32,000 nt of DNA from Candidatus Methanoperedens sp. (GTDB lineage: Archaea > Halobacteriota > Methanosarcinia > Methanosarcinales > Methanoperedenaceae). The stretch is taken from the NCBI GenBank assembly GCA_041494705.1, contig JBGQBI010000003.1, positions 296,449-328,448 on the forward strand. Direction: 5' to 3'. Below are positions 16,873 through 27,902 of the stretch, in pieces. Positions within the stretch are counted from its first letter, which is position 1. Each line of letters opens with the position of its first letter. The notes beneath the pieces are model-generated. The model saw nothing but the letters and a program-made list of their open reading frames with translations. It ran no database searches and had not been told where the DNA came from. Made by a program: the position numbers and the translations under genes.

Positions 16873-19800
16873 GTTTCAATCCTTGTTTTAGTGGATGTGC
16901 CTCTTGAATTAAAAATCTATTCATGGATGGTGAAGAAGGGTTAATGTTTCAATCCTTGTTTTAGTGGATGTGCCTCTTGAATGCTGAATGGAAACGGCTG
17001 GGGTATCGCAAAAGCGGGAGTAGAGTTTCAATCCTTGTTTTAGTGGATGTGCCTCTTGAATGCAACAGCTTATAGCAGAATATGACAATAAACATAAGTT
17101 TCAATCCTTGTTTTAGTGGATGTGCCTCTTGAATATAACTGTATGTCCTCGATGTCATTCGTGGGCGAGGAGTTTCAATCCTTGTTTTAGTGGATGTGCC
17201 TCTTGAATATTATCAAGAGTTCCTGAAAACGCAAAATATCTGGAAGTTTCAATCCTTGTTTTAGTGGATGTGCCTCTTGAATGTCAGGGAACGGGAAGAA
17301 CGAAAACGGGAAGTTCTGGTTTCAATCCTTGTTTTAGTGGATGTGCCTCTTGAATGAGAAAGAGATTGATGATGATATTTTCGCTATTGGTTTCAATCCT
17401 TGTTTTAGTGGATGTGCCTCTTGAATTCTTGATTGCCCGGATGGATCTATTAATTGAACAGAAGTTTCAATCCTTGTTTTAGTGGATGTGCCTCTTGAAT
17501 TGCAAAAATCTGGTTTGAATTATTCGGCATTACTACGGTTTCAATCCTTGTTTTAGTGGATGTGCCTCTTGAATGAAGAGTTTTGTACAATGCAGCAAGG
17601 GCGTAATGAAGTTTCAATCCTTGTTTTAGTGGATGTGCCTCTTGAATCTTTCAGTTCATCTGTTTTTTCAACTGCTTTGATGTTAGTTTCAATCCTTGTT
17701 TTAGTGGATGTGCCTCTTGAATCCCTCTTCACGGAAGGAAAGGCAGGAGAACTACAGTTTCAATCCTTGTTTTAGTGGATGTGCCTCTTGAATAGTTGAA
17801 AAACCCGTGCCCGCTTGCGAGAATGTCAGTTTCAATCCTTGTTTTAGTGGATGTGCCTCTTGAATATGACAGCTCCAACAATTCCGGATATCTTTGTATG
17901 TTTCAATCCTTGTTTTAGTGGATGTGCCTCTTGAATAATTATCGAAAAAACCTTATACGCCGACGAAACAGGTTTCAATCCTTGTTTTAGTGGATGTGCC
18001 TCTTGAATTATGCTCTGGTGATATCATGGTCTCGAGAGCATATGGTTTCAATCCTTGTTTTAGTGGATGTGCCTCTTGAATGTCTTTCTGTATTCCATCA
18101 AGTCCACGATCCTGAGTTTCAATCCTTGTTTTAGTGGATGTGCCTCTTGAATCTGATCCGTTTTTTTTATTCCCTGGAAGAACACCAGGGTTTCAATCCT
18201 TGTTTTAGTGGATGTGCCTCTTGAATTTTCTATGGTGTGTGCGGTCAGGCCCCTGACCTGACAAGTTTCAATCCTTGTTTTAGTGGATGTGCCTCTTGAA
18301 TCGGGTATGCGGTTTCATAATCACGCCTGAACCTTAGTTTCAATCCTTGTTTTAGTGGATGTGCCTCTTGAATGCCTCGAATCCGCGCAAGGCGTCGGAT
18401 ATCGTGGGTTTCAATCCTTGTTTTAGTGGATGTGCCTCTTGAATTCTTTTTCAGCAACAGGAGGAACACATGCCACAGAGTTTCAATCCTTGTTTTAGTG
18501 GATGTGCCTCTTGAATCCGCCCATATAGCGCAAAACAACCCGCCCATCTGGGTTTCAATCCTTGTTTTAGTGGATGTGCCTCTTGAATTCAAGCGTCTGC
18601 CGCTCACGGACTATGAGAAGGCAGTTTCAATCCTTGTTTTAGTGGATGTGCCTCTTGAATTATATTGCTTTTTTGGTGCGACCACAAGAGATATAGTTTC
18701 AATCCTTGTTTTAGTGGATGTGCCTCTTGAATAATATTTTAGAAAAGCATGTCGGCAGGCATATCAAGTTTCAATCCTTGTTTTAGTGGATGTGCCTCTT
18801 GAATACAATCAAGAAGTCATGTACATTCTCAGTCTACTAGGTTTCAATCCTTGTTTTAGTGGATGTGCCTCTTGAATGAAAAGCAGGAGGAGTGGAAGCC
18901 TATATATATATAAGTTTCAATCCTTGTTTTAGTGGATGTGCCTCTTGAATCCGAGCGCAGCGGAAATTATCTCATTTGAAATAATAGTTTCAATCCTTGT
19001 TTTAGTGGATGTGCCTCTTGAATAATCAGGTGCAGGAGCGCCGTAATCGAATCCTTCATGTTTCAATCCTTGTTTTAGTGGATGTGCCTCTTGAATTACA
19101 CCTTTTTCCCCTTTTGAATTGGTACATTTTTGTTTCAATCCTTGTTTTAGTGGATGTGCCTCTTGAATAGGCTCGATGATAAGAACTCTCCATGCGAAAG
19201 CTGGTTTCAATCCTAGTTTTCGTGGATGTGCCTCTTGAATATCCAAAGTCCGAACATAACTTTCCAAGCTTACAGTTTAAATCCTTGTTTTAGTGGATGT
19301 GCCTCTTGAATATAGCGGGTATATTTATATAGTGTCTAACCAATGTTGTTTCAATCCTTGTTTTAGTGGATGTGCCTCTTGAATGTCCGAAGCGGATCAA
19401 GCGCGTGGACTGTGGCTTCAGTTTCAATCCTTGTTTTAGTGGATGTGCCTCTTGAATTTTCTCAATGGAAGTGCGTACAAGAACAATGTGACGTTTCAAT
19501 CCTTGTTTTAGTGGATGTGCCTCTTGAATCCTTGAGGGTGAGTAGCGAGGCTACCGCATATTATAGTTTCAATCCTTGTTTTAGTGGATGTGCCTCTTGA
19601 ATTCAGGTACATCCCGCCGAAGCTGCACCTGTTCCGCGGTTTCAATCCTTGTTTTAGTGGATGTGCCTCTTGAATCTCCGGCTGCCGGGCAAAGCGGCCA
19701 TTGTTCAAAGTTTCAATCCTTGTTTTAGTGGATGTGCCTCTTGAATCTGGTTCATGAAGGGATACCCGATTTCAAGGAGCTTAGTTTCAATCCTTGTTTT

Positions 19801-20977
19801 AGTGGATGTGCCTCTTGAATGTACATTTATGAATTGGAAGTAATCGTTAAACTTGTTTCAATCCTTGTTTTAGTGGATGTGCCTCTTGAATACGGCGGAG
19901 ATAGCGTCTTCGGAGTACAGTACGAGGTTTCAATCCTTGTTTTAGTGGATGTGCCTCTTGAATCCCATATGATTTTTTCAGACAGTTTCAGCGCAGGTGT
20001 TTCAATCCTTGTTTTAGTGGATGTGCCTCTTGAATTCCTCAATCGAGGAAGTCAGCCGGGCAGAAATGAGTTTCAATCCTTGTTTTAGTGGATGTGCCTC
20101 TTGAATGAAGCGGATCAAGCGCGTGGACTGCGGTTTCGTGAAGTTTCAATCCTTGTTTTAGTGGATGTGCCTCTTGAATGCCCGGCAGCGCGGGAGCCGC
20201 AAGCGCGAACAACAGTTTCAATCCTTGTTTTAGTGGATGTGCCTCTTGAATTTTGTCGTGAAGAAATGGCGGAAGCAATGTGGAGGTTTCAATCCTTGTT
20301 TTAGTGGATGTGCCTCTTGAATTACGCTCATAAATCCTCAGGAGGGATTGATTCAAAGTTTCAATCCTTGTTTTAGTGGATGTGCCTCTTGAATGAAGAG
20401 GCGACCGCGCGGTTGAAGGAGTTCATGAAGTTTCAATCCTTGTTTTAGTGGATGTGCCTCTTGAATACAAGGAATATCAATGTTGATTCCACAGAGAAAA
20501 AAAGTTTCAATCCTTGTTTTAGTGGATGTGCCTCTTGAATCAGGACGGGGTTTGTAGTGTGCAGGCCCTCGAATACCAGGGTTTCAATCCTTGTTTTAGT
20601 GGATGTGCCTCTTGAATGCGCTGAACGCATACAAGGGAAACGGCTTTCTGGAGTTTCAATCCTTGTTTTAGTGGATGTGCCTCTTGAATTTTTGGTACCA
20701 TTCCTTATCCTAGGAACGAGAAAGTTTCAATCCTTGTTTTAGTGGATGTGCCTCTTGAATCATCTGCGATATGGTTGTTTGGTAATCAGACAAATGGTTT
20801 CAATCCTTGTTTTAGTGGATGTGCCTCTTGAATTGTGATCTCGCTTCCGGAACTCGCCTCATCACCGAGTTTCAATCCTTGTTTTAGTGGATGTGCCTCT
20901 TGAATTCCAGGTTCCTATAGGATCGGTGTAGAGAATATTAGTTTCAATCCTTGTTTTAGTGGATGTGCCTCTTGAAT
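16873..20977 (-). CRISPR. CRISPR array with 57 repeats of 37 bp and 56 spacers of 34-42 bp
   Basis: The + strand repeat is GTTTCAATCCTTGTTTTAGTGGATGTGCCTCTTGAAT. Its reverse complement ends in ATTGAAAC, a typical 8-nt 5' tag, which gives - strand transcription with the leader at the high-coordinate end next to cas4. All 57 repeats were located by hand, and the spacer lengths sum correctly to the span. The variant repeats are at 19204-19240 (2 substitutions) and 19275-19311 (1 substitution). Confidence 0.97.
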
Positions 20978-21085
20978 AGCACGAATTTTCGGCTATTTGG
21001 GTCAAAATACGTGTTATTATGGCTTATTTCTTGTGCTCAAAATTCTTGGTGCAAAATTATAGAATGGTTTATAAAGACAAGAAAA
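20978..21085 (-). promoter_or_regulatory. Putative CRISPR leader with palindromic TATA-like box TTTATAAA (21068-21075)
   Basis: This is a 108-bp non-coding segment between the cas4 stop and the first repeat. The orientation is inferred from the repeat polarity and the cas gene direction. Confidence 0.5.
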
Positions 21086-22958
<1,873 letters not shown>

Positions 22959-23106
22959 GTTTATTCCCCCTGAACGCTTTGCGATTTTTGCACCGCAGAG
23001 AACGCAAAGGACGCAAAGATTATGCTTTATATTGTCATGTTGTTTTCGTTTCTTAATATATTAACCGCAGATAAACGCAAAACTTTATGAAAGTTTTATC
23101 AAACGA

Positions 23107-23127
23107 GGGGTATGCTTCGCATACCCC
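23107..23127 (-). terminator. GC-rich hairpin GGGGTATGC-TTC-GCATACCCC downstream of cas6-B
   Basis: A 9-bp perfect stem with a 3-nt loop lies about 27 nt after the cas6-B stop. A second inverted repeat, AAACCGAA/TTCGGTTT (23138-23155), spans the stop codon. Confidence 0.4.
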
Positions 23128-23153
23128 AACACTGCGTAAACCGAAGTTTCGGT

Positions 23154-23846
23154 TTATGAACGCAGATGCCTGATTGCATAAGGCTCCTCTTTTGCCAGAC
23201 CTTTAACAGCCCCGAAGCCTCTTGAAACTGATTTCCCGATGCCAAGATAATCAGGTATGAGGAAGTTGGTACAGAATCCTCCGATGAAGGTCATCACGTT
23301 TACGTCTTTTAACCTGCTTTTCCTGATATTTACATCAACATCGCATTTTATCTTTTCGGGTACCTGATAATCTAAAGATTTTGACACGGAAAGAAGGTTC
23401 CCAATGAGCGTTTTTCTAAGGAATTCATTTCTATCCTCATGACTCTTAAGACCATAGTACTTCATGTAATTCTCCTGGTTGAGCGCAAGCCATGGCGTGG
23501 CGAACTCGTAGGAATGTATCTTTTCCGAAATCCCAAACTCCTGGTTCCTGACAGAGATGCCCTTCTCTACGATCTCATAAACCTCCTCGCCAAGTTTTAT
23601 TTCATCGTATTTATCATAAACCAGTTTTAAAACGTCGGCGCCGTCATTGATTCCGATGACCATGGGCGCGCCGTCTATCATCTTGTACTGCACGAGGGGA
23701 TAGCGATAGATGAGCCTGTCGGCGCTGTGCTGGTGGAGGAGGGAGTATTCGTTGAATTGGGTGGCGAAGAAGCCGCGAAGCTCTGCTGAGGTGCCCTGGA
23801 TGGGGCGGGTGGAAGCGAGGGTGAGGGTGAAGGTTTTGAGGTTCAT
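23154..23846 (-). CDS. cas6: Cas6 endoribonuclease, paralogue B (type I-B side)
   Basis: It has the G-rich loop LGIGKSVSRGFGAV and the LRGFF...LHQH...YPLVQYK pattern. The ATG at 23846 (MNLKTFTLTLAS) is preferred over the GTG at 23858 because the upstream relic copy starts at the homologous ATG. Confidence 0.85.
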   Translation of the reverse strand: MNLKTFTLTLASTRPIQGTSAELRGFFATQFNEYSLLHQHSADRLIYRYPLVQYKMIDGAPMVIGINDGADVLKLVYDKYDEIKLGEEVYEIVEKGISVRNQEFGISEKIHSYEFATPWLALNQENYMKYYGLKSHEDRNEFLRKTLIGNLLSVSKSLDYQVPEKIKCDVDVNIRKSRLKDVNVMTFIGGFCTNFLIPDYLGIGKSVSRGFGAVKGLAKEEPYAIRHLRS

Positions 23847-23935
23847 ATTTTTATGCACTATGTTTTATCACTTTGGTCTGCTACTGCATTGCGGCGCTGG
23901 GGTTGCGACCCCAGACCCCGGTGAGGCGCCGCCGA
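23847..23935. repeat. Copy A of an imperfect direct repeat of about 90 bp flanking the MNT/HEPN cassette
   Basis: Collinear blocks ATGCACTAT, TTATCA, CTTTGGT, TGCAT and GGCGCCGCCG are shared with 24963-25049. Copy A additionally carries the hairpin CTGGGGT-TGCG-ACCCCAG (23897-23914). Confidence 0.6.
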
Positions 23936-24043
23936 TGGCGGGGTTTTCTGTAAGCAGATTGTTACATGTTAACCAGTTTTGAAATTCTAGCGCTGCTATT
24001 TTTGATGCTTATTAATTTGTGAACATTTTCACTTATGAGGTCT

Positions 24044-24475
24044 TCAATCTTTAATTTCTATGTACTTGTCAATGGTCTCTATGAATTCATAAAAATCCTT
24101 CAATTCTATATTTAGATAAGAATATGCCCTTGAATCATCTATATGTCCATATTGATGCACAAGCAAATTTCGAAATCCAACAAGTTCTTCAAGCCTGGTG
24201 GAAAGTGACCCTGTTATCACTCCATTTTCAGCAAGTTTCCTGATACTATCTTTACTATCGGTCGGTATTCCAAATCCTTTTTCAGATATGATCAAATTAC
24301 AGATGTCAAGTAAATTTTCACTTGCCAGTTGGAAAGCGCGTTCACACGCTCTTTTCCTCAGACCGCTGTTCAGGTATTCCTCTTTTTCTTCTGGAAGGTA
24401 TTCCTCAAGTTCTCTCAGGTATTTCTCCAGTTCATCCATCTTTTCTAATATTCTATCTTTATCCAAGAATATCAT
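24044..24475 (-). CDS. HEPN (DUF86) toxin of a HEPN/MNT toxin-antitoxin pair
   Basis: The R-x4-H motif is present in FRNLLVHQYGHID. The protein is 143 aa and overlaps the upstream MNT gene by 4 nt. Confidence 0.8.
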   Translation of the reverse strand: MIFLDKDRILEKMDELEKYLRELEEYLPEEKEEYLNSGLRKRACERAFQLASENLLDICNLIISEKGFGIPTDSKDSIRKLAENGVITGSLSTRLEELVGFRNLLVHQYGHIDDSRAYSYLNIELKDFYEFIETIDKYIEIKD

Positions 24476-24921
24476 CCCAATCTGGCTCTAACACGTTCCA
24501 TAACATGCTTATGATAGTCCTTAGTGAGCCTTTTATATCGTTCATATTCTATATCATTTATCTTTGAAAGTGTTAATATGTAATACATGTCCTGCGTGTA
24601 AAGCACCCTGCCTTCGAGAAATACCCTTTTGCGTATATAAACAGGCAGTTCATCAATGAATGAAATATCGATATTCTCAGGAACTGAATTGTTAATGGAT
24701 ATCCTCTCTTTCAGGGGAATTTCAATATCATGTTTTGGTATGATACATATATCTATGTCGCTCTTTTCTTTTTCAGTTCCTCTGGCTTTTGAACCAAAAA
24801 GGATGATGGAATGAACAAGCCTGGACCTCTTGAGTTTTGAGATTGCCTCGTTTATGTCTTCGTTTGATATATTTTGGTCGTTCCTTTTTGTCACAGGGAC
24901 AATTTGATTTTTCATTATCAT
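24472..24921 (-). CDS. Minimal nucleotidyltransferase (MNT) antitoxin
   Basis: The G-S-x9-11-D-x-D motif is present (ILFGSKARGTEKEKSDIDICII). The protein is 149 aa. Confidence 0.8.
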   Translation of the reverse strand: MIMKNQIVPVTKRNDQNISNEDINEAISKLKRSRLVHSIILFGSKARGTEKEKSDIDICIIPKHDIEIPLKERISINNSVPENIDISFIDELPVYIRKRVFLEGRVLYTQDMYYILTLSKINDIEYERYKRLTKDYHKHVMERVRARLG

Positions 24922-24962
24922 TCTCTCTGCTGTATAATTATTTAAAGACTGGCTCTTCTACA

Positions 24963-25049
24963 TCTATTTTTTTCATGCACTATAGTTATCATTTTTGTTA
25001 ACTTTGGTGTATGTAATTATTGCATGTCTCAGGAAATCCGGCGCCGCCG
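24963..25049. repeat. Copy B of the imperfect direct repeat flanking the MNT/HEPN cassette
   Basis: It carries the same ordered blocks as copy A: ATGCACTAT 24975-24983, GTTATCA 24985-24991, CTTTGGT 25002-25008, TGCAT 25021-25025, GGCGCCGCCG 25040-25049. Confidence 0.6.
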
Positions 25050-25150
25050 CAAAGTCCCTGCGCGCCGTCTGTGATGCCGCGCCGCGCATGGGTGTGGAGG
25101 ATGGGGGGGGCGGGGATGCAGGCGGAGGCGAGGGTGAGGTTGAGGTTCAT
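24998..25150 (-). pseudogene. 5' relic of a cas6 gene (50-codon ORF, only the start is Cas6-like)
   Basis: The - strand ORF begins MNLNLTLASA, compared with MNLKTFTLTLAS in cas6-B. At nucleotide level 25095-25150 aligns with 23795-23846, including the identical GCGAGGGTGAGG and GAGGTTCAT strings. The ATG lies 10 nt after the cas3 stop. The ORF contains a G8 homopolymer (25103-25110), and the Cas6-like sequence is lost after about 25-40 codons. Confidence 0.6.
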
Positions 25151-25160
25151 GGTCCTAGTT

Positions 25161-27896
25161 TTAACAAATTAAATTTCCGCAGCCAGCTTTTTCTCTTTTA
25201 AATCCTGTTTTGCGATCGTAATAAGATTCCAATTCGTAATTATTGATAAAATTAAGTTCTCCGTCTTTAAAATCAGCGGCGTAATTCTTTGGGATACTGA
25301 TCACATAATCATAAAATTGCTTTTTTATTTTTAAAAATTCTTTCCTTCGTTCAAGAGGATCTTTAATATCTCGGATTTCACAATATTTCTGTTTTACTTT
25401 TTTGGCATTATCATCATATACGTTTAACGTACCGTTCTCAACTTTCACAACGAATTCATTAGCTTTACTCCCATTGATAGTTAGTGTTACTTTGGTTTTT
25501 TCAAAGTTAAGTGTTAGCGAAACATAATTATTTTCACTATACAATTTTATGGTTTTATTATCTTCAATTTTTTCTATTTTTGCTGTGTTTACACAGTCAA
25601 TACCAAAATCCCGATTTAAGAGTTCTATGAGTTTTCCGTTGTGGTTTCCCGGAATTTCATCCCAGCTAAACAAAAACTCATCATCTAACTCAACAAAAAT
25701 GTCTATTTTATAAAAGTTGTCATCATCTATTAATTTGAAATCTGATATTGGTTTTCTCTTATTTCTATCAGGAGTTTTATCATAAAAATATAAATCGTAA
25801 AGTGATTCAATAAGTTTTACTTCTGTTCCAGACTTTTCTTTTGCAGATTCAAAATACTTATTTATCAGCTCTAAAAAATCTATTTCGTAGAACTGAGAAG
25901 TGGTATTATCTTCATTATTAAATAAGTTATTAACTAAATGCAATAAAACAGGATCGTATATCTTTGTATATGAGGTTCCATTTTTCAAATTCACTAAATG
26001 CATTTCTGCTTTATCAAATCGTTTATTTCTATTGCATCTTCCTGCGATCTGTATTATAGAATCTAACGGACCTCTATCACGATATACACAATCACAGTCA
26101 ATATCTACTCCCGCTTCAATTAGTTGTGTTGAAACAATTATGACCTTTTGATTGTTTTTTATCGCTTTTCTTGCGTATTCTATTCTTTGCCTTCTTTCTC
26201 TTGGAGTAATATTTGTTGATAAATAGCATTTTTTGAAAGGCAAACCTGATTTTTGGATTTTATCAGTTATTAAATTATAAAACTCTAATGATGAACCAAT
26301 TGTATTAAAAACAAACAGATATGAGTTTTTAGACCAATCATTCAACTCGTTACAGAATTCTATTACTTTTTTCTCGTTGGAATCTATCTTCAAAATTACA
26401 CGGTTTAAATCTTCCGTCTTAAAGTAACTTTCATAATTATCTACAAGTTCTTTGTACTCTCCCTCCTCAAAAATCAATGGCTTAGTAGCGGTCATTAAAA
26501 TAATTGTACAATTAAAATATTCAGTCATCCCAATTAAAACTCTTCTCACTAAATTCCAGTATTCTATAGGAATATTCTGTGCTTCATCTAAAATAATTAT
26601 TGAATTTACAATGTTGTGAAACTTTTTTAAGCTCCTATTCTTGTATCCTATCAAGCTATAAAATAATTGAATAAAAGTCGTAACGATAACTTCAGATTCC
26701 CAAGATTCAATTAAGGCGAGGCTTTCATCCAAATCTTCTTCCTTATCCATATTTTGCGTTTTATAAAAGATTTCTGAAAGATGATGATGCTTTAAAAGAT
26801 ATGGACTCTCATTATTTTTGAAATCGCTAATTTGACTTAAAACTTTATCGAACACATCATAGTTTTGGTCTATAATACTTGTAAAAGGTAGTGAGTAGAT
26901 AATCCTTGGTTCAAATTTTAAATTGAGATCATTTTTTAAGATTTTCCTTAGCTTCAAAGCAGCAGCGAAAGAAGTTAAGGTTTTACCTGTTCCCGTCGGC
27001 GCTGTCAGCGTAAAGATTTTCTGGCTTGCATTTTTAGGATCAGATATATTCGTTATTACTGAGGCTTGAATTTGAGCTCTAATGATGTTAATATTGCTTT
27101 TGTTTTCTTCTTTGATTTCAGGTTTGTTTAAATGTATTTCAACGAGATTATCTAAGAGTTCTTTTCTTTCTATTTTTCTGACACTGCCGGCGTGTTTTTT
27201 ATCTGAATCTATCAAAATAGAATAAAAAAGCTGAACAAGAAAATAATATATTAGGTTTTTATTATCCGTCTCCTCAAAGGAGTGAAAGATTTTAACTAAT
27301 TCTTTAATTTGTGGTTTAATATCATCTGAATATTTTATTTCACCTTTGTATTTCTCGATATTAGAAAATATTTTTTTAGCGGATAGATTGATTTTCTTAA
27401 TTAATAACTCGTATTCATTAATTATTGAATCATAATTAATCCAAATATCCATTAATTGTCTGGATATATTTTTAAATCCGCCATCAAATAATTTTTCTGA
27501 ATCTATATCATTATTAATATCGTCCAAATCCAGATGGTGGCGCTTAACAACAAAATAAGCAATCAATGGAAGAAATTTATAAGGTATTTCATTTTCAAGT
27601 TTTTCTGTTTTTATATATTCATTCACCGCTTCAAATACAAACAATGCAGAAATTAGCCCATGATTTGTTACAGGATCGTTTTTATCACTTAGTCCTTTCA
27701 GCTTTTCCTGGAAAAATGTTGTATATTTTCCAAAATCATGCGAAATACCTATGATATAAGATACATCTGCAAAAGCATTTATATTAAATCCATCAAAATT
27801 TTTTAATTCAATTATTTCTTTACTTCTATCTCCCACAGACTGCAAGTGATCTTTTAAAAGAATCTTTTTGGGGTCTAAGTGAGAATAAAACTCCAT
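25161..27896 (-). CDS. cas3: Cas3 HD nuclease-helicase fusion
   Basis: The N-terminal HD motifs are LKDHLQSVG and ISHDFGKYT. The helicase motifs are TAPTGTGKT (Walker A), IILDEAQN (DEAD-like) and STQLIEAGVDID. The protein is 911 aa. Confidence 0.92.
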   Translation of the reverse strand: MEFYSHLDPKKILLKDHLQSVGDRSKEIIELKNFDGFNINAFADVSYIIGISHDFGKYTTFFQEKLKGLSDKNDPVTNHGLISALFVFEAVNEYIKTEKLENEIPYKFLPLIAYFVVKRHHLDLDDINNDIDSEKLFDGGFKNISRQLMDIWINYDSIINEYELLIKKINLSAKKIFSNIEKYKGEIKYSDDIKPQIKELVKIFHSFEETDNKNLIYYFLVQLFYSILIDSDKKHAGSVRKIERKELLDNLVEIHLNKPEIKEENKSNINIIRAQIQASVITNISDPKNASQKIFTLTAPTGTGKTLTSFAAALKLRKILKNDLNLKFEPRIIYSLPFTSIIDQNYDVFDKVLSQISDFKNNESPYLLKHHHLSEIFYKTQNMDKEEDLDESLALIESWESEVIVTTFIQLFYSLIGYKNRSLKKFHNIVNSIIILDEAQNIPIEYWNLVRRVLIGMTEYFNCTIILMTATKPLIFEEGEYKELVDNYESYFKTEDLNRVILKIDSNEKKVIEFCNELNDWSKNSYLFVFNTIGSSLEFYNLITDKIQKSGLPFKKCYLSTNITPRERRQRIEYARKAIKNNQKVIIVSTQLIEAGVDIDCDCVYRDRGPLDSIIQIAGRCNRNKRFDKAEMHLVNLKNGTSYTKIYDPVLLHLVNNLFNNEDNTTSQFYEIDFLELINKYFESAKEKSGTEVKLIESLYDLYFYDKTPDRNKRKPISDFKLIDDDNFYKIDIFVELDDEFLFSWDEIPGNHNGKLIELLNRDFGIDCVNTAKIEKIEDNKTIKLYSENNYVSLTLNFEKTKVTLTINGSKANEFVVKVENGTLNVYDDNAKKVKQKYCEIRDIKDPLERRKEFLKIKKQFYDYVISIPKNYAADFKDGELNFINNYELESYYDRKTGFKREKAGCGNLIC

Positions 27897-27902
27897 ATTT
27901 CC

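Noticed and set aside
16961-20742. Numerous ORFs on both strands across the array (e.g. 18245-18607, 18372-18734, 18929-19267, 19819-20088, 20039-20356). Their peptides reiterate SILVLVDVPLE, RGTSTKTRIET and IQEAHPLKQGLK.
   Set aside because: These are translations of the 37-bp CRISPR repeat in different frames. The periodic peptide repeats are an artefact, not genes.
24995-25201. A 68-aa GC-rich + strand ORF (…GVEDGGGGDAGGGEGEVEVHG…).
   Set aside because: It is the antisense reading of the cas6 5' relic. Its low-complexity Gly/Glu/Ala composition is a by-product of the GC-rich relic.
25161-25950. The C-terminal 250 aa or so of Cas3 (including …NTAKIEKIEDNKTIKLYSENNYVSLTLNFEKTKVTLTINGSKANEFVVKVENGTLNVYDD…) looked like a possible extra fused domain.
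   Set aside because: Cas3 proteins normally carry a variable C-terminal domain, and a total of 911 aa is within the usual range. I see no named motif, so there is nothing to support a separate function from sequence alone.
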